Positions 13,564 to 26,289 of a stretch of DNA of 64,000 nt are shown piece by piece; position 1 is the first letter of the stretch, and the number at the start of each line of letters is the position of its first letter. Source of the stretch: Gracilinanus agilis (Eukaryota); the NCBI RefSeq assembly GCF_016433145.1, contig NC_058133.1, positions 233,411,473-233,475,472 on the forward strand, read 5' to 3'. The notes under the pieces are model-generated. The model did not search any database and was not told where the DNA came from. It saw only the letters and a list, made by a program, of their open reading frames with translations. The position numbers and the translations under genes were made by a program.

Positions 13564-16500
13564 TCTTTAACTTCCTTTTTCTGAGGCTTGTCTATACCTG
13601 AATTTACTCAGTGGTATTTGACCTTCAGGTCACTGAGAGATAACATAAAAAAAAAGTGACATTGGAGAGAGAGAGAGAGAGAGAAATTCACTTCCCACAA
13701 TGACAATAATAGCTAGCATTTGTATAGTACTTACTGTGTGAGACACAGTGCTAAGCAGTGTACAATTTCTTGACTTGATTCTCAACTCTATAAGGCAGGT
13801 GCTATTATTTCCACTTGGGAAATTGGGACAGGTTAAGTGACAGTGAGTGTCTAAGGCAGGATTTGAACTTAGGTCTTTCTGACTCCAGGCCCAGTGTTTT
13901 ATCTAATGTGCCACTAACTGTTTGAGCTGATAATGAAGATGAAGAGATGAATATGAGAAACATTTTGAAGTAAAAATTAATAGATGGGACTTGGGAAGTG
14001 ACAAGATATGGAAGATAAATAAGTATGAGGATTCTATGGTGTGGGGAGGGGAAAGGCTGAGATACCTGGAAATAAATTATATTAATAATTTTTTTAATTA
14101 AGAAAAAGTAAAATTAAAAAAATTTTAAACCACCTTCTCCCCATACAAAAAAAGAAGTGTAAGGAGTCAAAGATGACTATGAGATTTTCAGAGTGGAAAC
14201 ATAAAGATTAATAAGGACAGGAAAATTGGGAAAGTTATTTTGGGGAGGTGGAGAAGAAAGGTGACCTCCATTTTGGAAATGTTCATTTTGAAGTGGTAGC
14301 AAGATGGGAATCCCTAGCTGGTAATGACCTTAGAGATAAAGCCTGATGCTGTGGTGAGGAGACCAGGCTTGCTGAAATGGTTGTGAGATCACATTTGTTT
14401 CAAAAAATAATAATAAAAGGGAGAGGGAGATATAATATTAAAAGCCTACTGAGAATGGAAGAGAAATTGATAGTGCTAAATTAGATGTATAATATCAACA
14501 TATACTTATGTAACCTTAAAATAATTCAGAACAGGAAAGGAGAATCTTTTTTTCTTCCCAATCTCACTGAAGTACTGTGTGAGTGAAGATAATATTTGTA
14601 AAGCATTGTTGGCTCTTGAGAGAGACATTATATAAATATATTGTTGTCATCAACATGATATTAGCATTATATGTTAAGTATTTGCTATATTAGACTTTCC
14701 TCTGCTTGATTCCAGAGCATTGGTGGAAGCTGCAAATAAGCAGATTTAGGCTTGATGTCAGGAAAAACTTCCTAACAGAGAGATCCCAAAAAGAAAATAG
14801 CTAGTATTTATATAGCACTTGAAAATTTGCACAGCTCTTTACATATATGATTTCATTTGATCCTCACAAAAATCCTATACTATATTCTATGATGATTTTC
14901 CTTTTAAAGATAAGGAAACTGAGGCTAGAAGAGGTTTAAGTCAACTAATTTACCTGGGGCTACACAGCTAGTAAATGAGGCACATACTGACTACAAATCC
15001 AACATTCTTTCCTCTGCAGCATTAAGCTGCCAAAAGTGCAATGTCCTTCCTTAGGAAGTGGTAGATTCCCCCATCACTGGAAGCCTTCAAGCAAAGGCTG
15101 GGTACTTTTCAGGTATGTTGTTGAGGAGATTTTTGTTCAGGTGTGGGTTAAACTAGGCAGCCTCCAAGATAGTGTGATTCTGATTTTTTAATGTGATATG
15201 TTATCAATTTATAATTAGTGCTGATATGGTTAGAACTTGGAGAGTGATGGGCCTGGAATCGGGAAGACTTGTTGGTCTTGAGTTCAAATTTGGTCTCAGA
15301 TGCTTACTAGCTGTGTGACCTTGGGCAAGTCATTTAAACCCTGTTTGCCTCAGTTTCTTCATCTTTAAAATGAGTTGGAGAAGGAAATGACAAACTACTT
15401 CAATATCTTTATGAAGAAAACTCTAAGTAGGGTCACAAAGAGTTAGATATGACTGAATAACAACAATGTAATAATAAAATAATAACTAACATTTATATTG
15501 TGTTTACTCTTTGCCAGTCACTATGCTAGATACCATATAATTATTATCTCATTCAATCCTCACAACAACCCTGGGATGTAGGTACTATTATCCTCATTTT
15601 ATAGATGAGGAAATTGAGGCAAACAGGCGGAGTAACTTGCTCAGGGTCACAGAGCTAGGAAGTATCTGAGGCCACATTTGAACTCAGGTCTTCTGATTCC
15701 AGACCCAGCTTTCTACCCATTGTACATCTTAGCAGCCTGCCTATTAGTATGAGAAAGAAATCATAGCAGTTTAGCTCATAAAAGTATCCATGACATGGAC
15801 CCTAATGATGGTTCATGCACCTATACAGTATGAGTAATATATACAATAATTGTATTATAAGTATAGTATATAAGTAACTATACAGTAAGAGTCTATAGTG
15901 GCAGTAAGGCTTATGCACCCTTTTGTACTACATGTCACATGAAGGTTTTAGATGCTTCACATAGAGTTCATATCTAGGACAACTCCAGGATCATCTCTGC
16001 TTCTTTCCACCTCAATCTACCCCTACATTCCAACATCCTCGTGCCATGGGACTGCTCAAATAGAATTTGTATCTCTTCTTTTTGTTATGTCTTGGTGCTG
16101 GGCAACATGGATGTCTTTGTAGCAGGATCTGTAACTTTCTACCAATAGTCACTTTGTAGAGATGTGCCTTGCTTAGATCCCTGAAATAGCATAAATCAGA
16201 GCTGTAACTAGGGCAAGATGACCATGGATGATCTTTCTCAGGGCCACCTAAATTCATATGGGGCTGAGAACACTGTCCCTGACTGTGCATCCTTCCCATC
16301 AGCAACCATATCCCCAGCTTGTCTTACCACTTCCCTCTCCCAGCCCCTTTCAGCTCAGCATTGATCCTGTCCTGAAGTAGTATAAAAAACTTGTGATATA
16401 TACTTCTTCACCCTTATGGAAAGGTATATCCCTCAGGCAAGGTTCCTTGCCCAGTCCCAGCATTCCTAGTTATTCATCTGCTTAAAGTTTTATACATCAG

Positions 16501-17195
16501 ATTGTATTTGAAGCACTATATGGAGTTGAAGCCAGAATCACTTGAGACTGAATCCTGCTTTGGACAGGATTGCTTACCAGCTTTGTGATCCTGAGCAGGG
16601 TCAATCTTAGTTCCCTCATCTTTGACTTATTCAATCTCAGTTTCCATATCTTTAAAATGGGGATAGTAATTCAACTTAACTCAAAGAGTTATTATAAGGA
16701 TCAAATGAGATACATATGTAAGGTTCTTTGCAAACCTTAAAGCATCATATAAATGCCAGCTATTATTCTTTCCCATTGATTAAATTATCATTTCAGAGAT
16801 GCCTTATTTTTGTTTATAACTTTATTCAGTCATCTATATATTCCTTTTTTTGCTTAATCTTCCTTACCCCTAATTAAGTTCCCCATTACTAGTTAATAGT
16901 CCTCAAGTGTATACTTGAAACCTACTAGAAAATCTTAAAACCTGTGAATAAATCCATTGTATCTCTCAATAATATTCACCCCTTAATTTTATAACAATTT
17001 TGCAAATTGTATATCTTTTTATCTAATTTTCTTAAAGTAAAACATCAGCTGTGATAAAAGGGCAAATTGGATAGAGTATTTGAGCTACCCCATAATGGAT
17101 GGATATGGACATCTCTGATGGGTTTCTTTAAAAAGAGGACAGGACAATTCCTCTCAAAGCTTCATTTTTTCTCATTCTTTTTCTTTCCCCTTCAG

Positions 17196-17304
17196 ATGTT
17201 TAAAGGACCTGATAAGGATATAGAGTTTGTTTATACTGCTCCATCCTCAGCAGTATGTGGAGTCTCATTGGACACTGGAGGAAAAAAGGAATATCTAATT
17301 GCAG
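17196..17304 (+). CDS. TIMP2: TIMP2 coding exon 3 ([37 protein letters not shown])
   Basis: Long pyrimidine tract with AG at 17194-17195. Donor GTATGT at 17305. 109 nt. Confidence 0.98.
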
Positions 17305-19256
17305 GTATGTGGGGGGCCATTAGGTATAGATTGATACAAACCATGGAATAGACTTTGGGATGACCAGCTTACTACTTCATAGGATCATGTAGGTTTACTG
17401 ACTTGCCCGAGGTCACATAGGAATAAGCAACAGGGGTGGGATTTAAACCTAGGTTCCCTTATCCTAGAGCTAGTGTTCTTTCTACATACTTGAAATGAAT
17501 AGAGAAAAATACATAGCAGCAAGATGTCCAGTATCAAAACAACAAGGTCTTGTATTTCTTGGTATTTTAAAAGGTTTAGTTTGTTTAAATATTTGGAACC
17601 AAAAAAAATATATACATATATATATTTGGAACCACCTAGCTGTTTTTAGCTAGAGAACTCAGTGGATAGAATCTGGGCCTGGAATCAGGGAGACCTGAGT
17701 TAAAATCCTATCTCAGATATTTAACAGCTGTGTGACTTTGGAGAAGTCATTCTCTGCTTCATTTTCTTTAACTATGAAATAGGAATAATAATAGCACTGT
17801 CCTCACAGGGTTTTTGTGAAGGATCAAATTAAATAATATTTGTAAAGTGTATAACATAGTATCTAGGTGCTTGTTTTCTTCCTGCCTTCCAAAATTCTAC
17901 CGTATCAAGAAATTGTGATAGGATTGAGGGATTGAAGATACATTGAGAACTCAAAGACAAAAATAATACCTGTCATACAGTTTAGTGAGGACGTTCAGCT
18001 TTGACACTGCTAAGTATGTATTGAGGAGTGATTGAAAACTGCCAAAAATTTGAAAAGGAATAAAGCACTGATAATTGGGGTCAGGAAAGTAGGGAGAGGA
18101 GAAAATCAGGAAAGACTTCTCAAGAGGCAGCATCTGACTTGAACCTTCAAAAAAGATAAAAGATTCTGAAAGGCAGAGATGAGTGAGAAGATTCTAAGCA
18201 TAGGGGACAGTTTAAGTGAAAATATAGAGGAAGAAGATGGAAGAAGATGGAATGGGGAATTTATAAAGCAGTTTCCTTACAGCATTCTTTGAGGCAGCTA
18301 AAAGAAGTAAATATTCCCATTTTATAGGTAAAGGGTAAGCATGGCATAGTAGATTCCACTGACCTTGGAAGATGGTTTCAAATCCAGCCTCATAAAACTA
18401 CTACTTCTGCAGTCCTGGCTAAGTCACTTAATTTCTCTGTGCCCTAGTTTCCTCACCTGTAAAATGAGAGGTTTGGATTCAGTGGTCTCTATATTCTCTT
18501 ACAGTGCTAAAAATATGATCCTCTAAACTTAACCAAGGTTCCCCAACTTCTAGATTTAGAATTGAGATTTGAACCCAGATCCTCTTAGTTGAAGTCCATG
18601 GTTCTTTAAACTAAGTTATGATGCTTCTTGAAATATGTATATATACATGCATAAATGCATACATGCACATGTAAATACATAAGTATACAGATAATAAATG
18701 TAGAAAGTCAAACAAGTAAGAGACCATTGTGATTAGAACAATCAGAAGACTTAATGGAGGAAATAGCTTTAACTGACCCCATGAGAAGGTCTAGCATTTG
18801 GACAAGTGGAGACAAGTCAAATCAACAAGATTTATTAGGTACCCATTATGCATCAAGAACTAGTACTAAGCTCTGGGGGTACAAAGAAAAACAAAAAACT
18901 TTCCCTGCTCTTGAGGAAGAGGAAAGTACTTACAGATGAAGGAAATTGCATGTATCAAAATGTAGAAACAGACTAAGTATGACAAAAATACTTCTAATTT
19001 CTCTATCTGTCTTTCCCTATGGTTCCCTATCGAAGGAATTTACCTTCAATTCAATACAGTAGTCTCATTGTTTCTATTAAGTTGGTTCTTTCACTAATTT
19101 TCTTACTGTTACCCCATTCTAGGAAAAACCAGAGAGATCTCTGGCAATGGCCAATATCAGAATCAGTTACAGTCTTTTTCAGGGCTGCAAAGGACTGAAC
19201 TTTGTGCTTTTAAAATGAAAACTACAGAACTGTTGCCACCATTTTTACATCTTGTT

Positions 19257-19290
19257 GTACTGCCCTCTAGCGGTTTCTAGAAGGTACTGT
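19257..19290 (-). promoter_or_regulatory. Candidate CTCF site, core plus upstream module
   Basis: Minus strand reads ACAGTACC-TTCTAGAAA-CCGCTAGAGGGCAGTA. It matches the CTCF core and the ZF9-11 upstream module at plausible spacing. Confidence 0.7.
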
Positions 19291-20002
19291 TTTGCAGGAA
19301 AAACTGGTCAGAATGATGTGAGAGACAGAAAATGTATCTTGTTATTAGCAATAATAAAAGTAGTTTAGTTTACATTACATAATAGTTATATGTTTATCAG
19401 AATTTTACAGTTTAAGAACTTCCACTTTGATTTTCTCATTTCATTCTCCCAACAATCCAATGTGCTATTTCTATTCAATATGTGATGAAATTGACACTCG
19501 GAGAGATAAATTTCATTTCAGGGCAACAAACAGTAGGCATCTACTAAGACAATATGAGAGGTGGTGGGGATGCCAGGACAAATGGGAAAAGCATCTTCCT
19601 TCAAGTAACTTATAGCTGGTAAATGACAAGGCCGTGTATTTCTGGTTCCTATTGACTCTCAAGTTGGAATCCTGGAGCTTAAAGGGATTTTTTTCTTTTT
19701 TAAAAACCCTTACCTTCCACCCTAGTATCATCTCTAAAACATAATAGTGGCAAGGGCTAGGAAATCGAGACTCAGTGTACTTGCCCATGATCACAAGCTA
19801 GGAAGTGTCTAAGGCCAGGTCCTCCCAACTTCAGGCTTGGTGCTTTATCCACTGTCCTATCTAGCTCCCTGCTGAAAGGGATTTTGATGGGAAAGTTTGG
19901 TCAAATACCCTATTTGTAGACATTCAGAGAAAATAGAAAGTTCATCCCATTTTTAATGGGAGACTTCATCAGTCATAATTCACTTCAAAAACATAGACTC
20001 CT

Positions 20003-20255
20003 GGGGGCAAGTGGGTAAGCTCAGTGGATTGAGAGCCAGGTCTAGAGATGGGAGATCCTTAGGTTCAAATCTGACCTCAGCCACTTCCTAGCTATATGAC
20101 CCTGGGCAAGTCACTTGACCCCCATTGCCTAGCCCTTACCAAAGCTCTTCTGCCTTGGAGCCAATATATAGTATTGACTCCAAGATGGAAGGTGAGGGCC
20201 TCAAAAAACAAACAAACAAATAAACAAATAAATAAATAACCCCTCCCCCCAAAAA
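20003..20255 (+). mobile_element. SINE1_Mdo-related SINE with longer tail
   Basis: SINE head. Imperfect TSD AAAAACA(TA)GACTCCT. Confidence 0.8.
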
Positions 20256-21413
20256 ACAGACTCCTAAGAATGATTTCTTAAAAGGCTGTCAGATCTATAA
20301 ACTTCATGCCTAGTACTTTATACCTTTCTTACTTGTTTATTATGGTTTTCTTTTACATAATGGCTGCTTATATGCAGGCCTTACCTCCCCCACTACTTTG
20401 TAAATTCCTTATGGGCAGGAAGGACTTGTCCAGAGTAATAGGGCAGAACAGAAAGAGCCTGGAGCCCTGGTATAGGTCTCAGCTCTGCCAATTACCAGGC
20501 ATATAACCATGGCACTTCATCTCTCTTAGAGTTCTTGGAAAGAAAGTACTTTGTGAACTATAAATGTAAATTGAACTTTTATTCATCTTTGTGTCTCTCC
20601 TGGCATTTAGTGGAAGCTCAATAAATATTTATTCATTTGTTGAATTGAATTGGAATAGCCTTCCCCACCCAAAGCCTCTGCCACAGTACTCAGCTATCAG
20701 TATGACCTGAGCCTTATCCTTCAATAAGTTTATAGATTTTAATACCCAGGAACAATAGGACTGTCAGTAACACACCCTTTCCAAAATTGGCTTTATCACA
20801 GGTTGGGAAATGGTGGCAACAAAGCTGAAAAATGTCCATTGTGAAATAACCCGATTGGTTTGGGCAGGCTAGATTTAATGAGTTCTCACCAATCTGTACT
20901 ACCCAACCTTGAGGTAAAAGTTCTCAAGTTCTTCTGGCCTTTAGTTTCTGGTATTTGAGTAGGGAGACTCAGTAATAGCAGCAGATTAGATGGCCAAGGA
21001 TGACTGCTATAAAAAGAATTAATATTCAGGTATGGGATGGAATAGATGGCCACTTGAATATTATTCCTACTCACATTATATGATTGTGGTCTGACACACA
21101 TCCTAAAGTCTGCCTACCTTTCAAGGCTTCCGAAGATCTCTGCCAGTATTTGCTTCCCTGGAGGAAGGGAAAAAAGCAATAACTTCTTCAGCTGGTTCAG
21201 GAAGTATGTTGAGTTTCTTAAGTTAGATGCAGCTTTAAAAATAAAGAATCAAGAAAACTGGGTTCCCTTCACTAACTTTGTACCAAGTTACTAAAGATCT
21301 GTTCTGGTATTTTCCTTTTTTTTTTTTTTTAATTTTCTTTTTATTATTATGAACTTGTCTGTTACCAATAAACATTCCATATTCAAAGTATAGGAAAAAC
21401 AAGAACTGCATAG

Positions 21414-22370
21414 TGTTAAAGAAATATTGTGTAGTAATGGAGATCTATGTATAATGATGGTGATGGTGTGTATCTGTCTATGATCTCCTTAGCCGCAGTT
21501 GGTGGGGAGGAACACCTACTCCTCTCACCCTTACTGCTGCTGCAAATTATCCCTTCACCCTGACAGGTTTGGTTGATAACCTGTCAGTAATTCCTTTAAC
21601 AGCTACCCAAGTAAAGACCCTTGAGAGGTTAGGTGGATGGTTAAACTCTCTAGGCCCAACCTAGGGTTGGATAGATTGGCAATGGGCTATTGATCAGCTT
21701 TGGATAATGATCAGGATCTGACTACATATTTGAACTCCCCTCCCAAGGGTTGTGATAGAAAGACCACTCAGGAAGGTACTTGTTATTGAATACTGTTTTA
21801 TCTTTAGGTAGGGAAAGGATAACAAGGGAAACCCTATTGTTCTATTATCTATTAAACTAATTAATAATCAGGACTGGAGACTACTGAGCTGATGGAGGCT
21901 TGAGATCTTCACCCTCTTTCTATCTCTGACAGACCTGGCCACAGCCAAGCCAGAGAATAGGGAAGGCTATTGCTGCAGATAAATATTGATGGTCTTTATT
22001 CTTTCAGCTCTCTCACCAGTAGTTTGATGGTTCACTAGCTTTCATAGTCTCGCAAGGAAATAGATTCAGGCTTTTCCTACCCTCTTCTTCTTCCACCTCC
22101 CAGCCACCCTTCAACCACCCTTCAGCCACCCACTGCCCAGATTGAACCACAGAGGCTTGCACCAGTCTCAGTTCAGAGATCTGTGATCTCCAGTTCTGAG
22201 CCTCAGAGTCCAGAGACCTCCCTCAATGTAGCTGTCAGCGGGTATATATAGGGTGGGGCTAACTGATGTTTGCCCCTGGCTCACGGCACCTGGGAACATT
22301 CCAAACTCTCAACTGCCATCCCTGTCATTCAAGGGGGCATCCATCTCATCCCAGATTATTGAATATAACA
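21414..22370 (-). mobile_element. Solo LTR, ERV1-like, 957 bp
   Basis: TGTTA...TAACA termini. 4-bp TSD ATAG at 21410-21413 and 22371-22374. TATATATA near 22243 and minus-strand AATAAA at 21995-22000. Confidence 0.8.
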
Positions 22371-22829
22371 ATAGTAAAACTGAATTTCCACTCTGTGCCA
22401 CTTGTGTTTTGTTTTTTTCCCCTTACTTGTTTGTCCCTTTTTGAGAGTTCTACTGTTCTCTTTACTTTTTAAATGTTTCATTGATACCATTTTCTTTATT
22501 TGAATTTTTATTATTGCTATCACTATTCTCAACTATTAATTTTTTCAGTGAATACAAAAAAGACCATTGACAAAGTATAACCAGTTATACTAAAAATTCT
22601 ACAAAGAATAGGCACAGAAAATGAGTTTTTAACTTAACATAAACTTAAAAAAATAAATTTGATAACTATATTTCACTGTAATTGGTTTCTCTGTAACTTT
22701 TGGATTCATATGTTTTTTGTTTTTGCATTTACAAACATTATTCTGAGAAAGTATGTTTCATCAAATTGCCAAAGGAACCCATGATTTGGTGGACAGGAGG
22801 TGGGGGAGAAGTTAATGGCTGGATAGAGA

Positions 22830-23330
22830 GAATTAATTTTATTGTGTGACAAAAAGTATCTATCTAAAATCAAAAGTAAGCATAGGAACTTTCCTAATAA
22901 ATACAAGAATAAAGCAAGGCCAACCCCTTTCCTTCCTATTAATAAAGTTCTAGAATTGTTAGCAATAATAAGAGAAAATTTTAAAGCATTACGGTGGGGG
23001 AAAAACGGAGAAAAAATTATCCCTATTTGTTGATGACATGACAAATTACTTAGAAAATCTGAAGGAATTAGCAAAAAATAATAGTTGAGATAATTCACAG
23101 CCTTAGTAAAATTTGTAAACTACAAAATAAACCCACAAAAGCCAATAGGATTTTTATATAATAAATCAAAATTTAGGAAGTAGTAATAGAATGGGAAGTT
23201 TTAATTAATTTAAGTAGAAATGCAATAAATGCTTTAGGGTTAGATTTCCAAAGCACGCTCAGCAAAGTTACAAAACATTACTTAAAGAATAAGAGTAATT
23301 TAGTGTACATTGCTGACCATGACCAAAATA
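22830..23330 (+). mobile_element. Degraded L1 ORF2 RT fragment
   Basis: LFVDDM (FADD-motif remnant) at about 23023-23040, followed by YLEN and YKIN-like motifs. Confidence 0.75.
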
Positions 23331-23443
23331 ATAAGAAATTAAAAAAAAAATATCTAGATAGATCCATATATCTCTTTATCTACATTTAAAGGTGACCAAA
23401 AGTCATTCTTGAAGACACATAAGTAATTAAAAGATATAAACAA

Positions 23444-23533
23444 ATTTGATATATCCAAAAGCATTTAAAATATAAATATTTTATACATATTTGATATATC
23501 CAAAAGCATTTAAAATATAAATATTTTATACAT
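23444..23533. repeat. Perfect 45-bp tandem duplication, 2 copies
   Basis: ATTTGATATATCCAAAAGCATTTAAAATATAAATATTTTATACAT repeated twice. Confidence 0.95.
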
Positions 23534-23599
23534 ATGGATCCCTTCCCTCCTTTAATCTCTAGAATTTATAATGCTGGGTCAAAGACTTTGCACAGATGA

Positions 23600-24370
23600 G
23601 TAACATTGGGGGAATAGTTTCAGATTGCTTTCTTGAATGTTTGCTTCTGTACAGCTCCATCAATAGAGTGTTGTTAGTGTGCCTATACTCATTAACATCT
23701 ACCCCTTTCCCCAACTCCTTCAACAGTTGTCATTTTTTCCCCATCTTTGCCAATCCGATAGCTGTGAGATAGAATCCCAGTGCTATTTTAATCTATACTT
23801 ATTATTGCTATGGAGAATTTTTCATAAGGTTATTGAAAGCTTGCTTTCCTTTTTTTGAGAACTGCCTAATCATAATCCAAATGTTCTTCCAAATGAATTT
23901 CTTTAGTACTTTTCCCAGTACTTTTTAGTACTTTAGTACTTTTCTATAAAGTAACCTTTCAGTAGTTTGATTAGTATGGAACTGAATTCATGAATTAATT
24001 TCCATTATATTGACATGATCCAACCATAAGCAATTATTTAGGTCTCTATTTTTATAAAGTATTTTGTATTTATATTCATATAATTACTATGTATATTTTT
24101 GTAGTTGTACTCCAAGATATTTTATATTATAGTTCTTTTGTAAGGAAATGCATTTTTATGTCTCTTCCTGCTGGTTTATGTTATAATATATGGAAAGATT
24201 AATGATTTTATGAGCTTATTTTATCCTACTACTTTCCTGAAGTTATTAACTGTTTTGTTTCATTTTAGTTGGCTTTTTTTAATTCCAGAAGTATTTACTG
24301 AACATTTAACAGGAGTATTGAATACATCAAAAATTGAAATATGTCTTTCCTCCAGTTTCAATTTTCTAAA
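23600..24370 (-). mobile_element. Degraded L1 ORF2 fragment
   Basis: Minus strand shows NNFRKVVG/KYLG/IKL remnants. Boundaries approximate. Confidence 0.7.
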
Positions 24371-26090
24371 ATTTCTAAAAATTCAAATTTAAACACCAAA
24401 AATTATAATCTCATACACACAAAAGAATAGTTTTTTATACTGTTCAGTATTTTCTTTGATTCATTCAGTTCAATAGCTTCTGCAACTCAGCAGTGCCAAC
24501 ATCAGTCTCTGCCTCATCTGCACTTTTGGATGGGATGGTCAGTCCTGTTTGGTTTCACCTGCATTCCTGGGTCCCTACTTTTTGGCATTTAGCCCTCCTC
24601 ACTCTGTGAGTTTCACAGTGCTAGATTTGTATTGTCTCAGGACAGTGTTGAGCCTTGATCTGACTGTTCTGGTTTTGGTGCTGTGGCACCAAGTGGTTCA
24701 GCCTGTGTTGCTGCTACTCCCTGCTGCTTCCAAGCCACCTACCTTGGCACTTTCTCATGGGAGCCTTGTGCTCTTAATAGATTTCAGATTGCATACATAT
24801 CTCATCAGTGGTTGTGGTAGGACTAGCATTGCTAAAGCCCCCTTTCCTTTTACCCATGGGCTTCTGGATGACTGGTATAGTTCTATGGAGGGAAAAGTAA
24901 TTTACTATAGTTTCTCGTATTTCTTGGTCATTATACAGTCTGGTGGGAACTTTAGGGTTTTGCTGGGGCAGTGTATTAGTGTATTTGGGGGGCTTTCTTA
25001 TTTGTATTGTAAAGGGGTTGGCATGTTGTCTCGTTGTTGTCATTTTCTCTGATGAAATCACTTATTTCTATGATTTGATATTTGACCCACTATTATTTTT
25101 AGAATTAAACTGTTTTATCTCTGAAGATACCCAAATCTTAAGGGCCCAACACAGTTTCTGAACCCTATCTGTGTCTAAATAGGTTTAAGAATTAATTTCC
25201 AGGACTCCACCTGTCTTTCACCTCTGTACTTATTGTTCTGTACTTAACAAAAGCCTATGTTGAGTCTATGTCTGAAAGCACAACCACATTAAAAAAAAGT
25301 AAGTAAACATAAAACAGTAGAAACATTAAATATGGGCAAGCTTTTAAGTTTCTAAAGTCTATGAAGATGATTTTTTAAAATCTTAAGCAGAAACTGCTGC
25401 TGTTGACAGCTCAGAAAATGAACTAATTAAAGAAAAATGCATGTAGCACAAGCTGTAGTCATTGATTTGAAAGGAGGAATATTTTTTTCCTTCAGATCCT
25501 TTTTTGAAAATAATTAGAACTCTGTCTTATAGAGTGCCCTATACAGTTTTTTAAATATTTCACATACATTATTCTCATTTAACCTCTTCTATTCTCTTCA
25601 CTGTCTGTTCTTTCTTCCTGAGTAATTTCATTACATATCTGCCTGGAGTAGTACACAAAGAGCACCAGCTGTGGAATCAGAGACACCCCCCCCCCCATTT
25701 TCCTCATCTGTAAAGTGAGAGGATTGTACTAGATGCCTCTGAAGTACCTTCCAGCACAATCTATGATCTCCTACCATGATTCCCAAATAGAAATAGAAAC
25801 CTCTCAAACCTCTATCCTTTTGGATAATAATATAAAATAGTGATAATGTTCTTTCAAAAACTCTTTCCCTATAACGTTTGGGAAATACTTTTCCTTTACC
25901 AACTGGTTCTTGTGTTTGAATTTGTGGGTCAGAACCTCGATACTAGTACAAATGACATATCCTTATGTAGTTAAGAAGGCTGTGAATGATGGCAAGAAAT
26001 CCCAGGCTTGGTCTAAGCTGGTCAGATTGCTAGGAGCAGCAGTTGCTAGTGAGAAAACTGGCCTCAGATTAAGCTCATTAAACTCTAAAG

Positions 26091-26289
26091 CAGTGATGGG
26101 CCAGATGTGGGGCCCCCTGAAATGTTCTATCCAGCCGCAGGACATTATTCCTAATCTGATGAATACAATGAGTAGGATACAATACAATAAAATACAATAA
26201 AACTTCTAAAGAGTTGCCTTAGAAACAGACTGACAGATGAGCATTTCCTTTCCTTTGGCCCGCCTCTTTAAAAAGTTTGCCCATCTCTG
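26091..26289. mobile_element. hAT-Charlie-type MITE
   Basis: TIRs CAGTGATGGGC and GCCCATCTCTG (10/11 match). Perfect 8-bp TSD CTCTAAAG at 26083-26090 and 26290-26297, with central TA. Confidence 0.9.

Larger units (their letters stand above)
12967..13699 (-). mobile_element. Solo LTR, ERV1-like, with nested SINE and (TAG)n
   Basis: TG...CA termini. 4-bp TSD ATGA at 12963-12966 and 13700-13703. Confidence 0.75.

Noticed and set aside
22830-24370. Opposing L1 fragments as one twin-primed (inverted) insertion
   Set aside because: Both fragments cover the same ORF2 interval (the KIN region), which fits two separate insertions.
24430-24800. Short resemblances to filovirus NP (LRAQG, GSTL, ADEAE, KKIL) and rhabdovirus N
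   Set aside because: Motif order and spacing do not match the recalled viral proteins. The matches are 4-5 residues long and could be chance, so no viral call was made.
24549-25052. 167-aa hydrophobic plus-strand ORF as a membrane protein gene
   Set aside because: It has a TTG start, no recognisable family and no splice context. It looks like the antisense shadow of the A/C-rich minus-strand segment.
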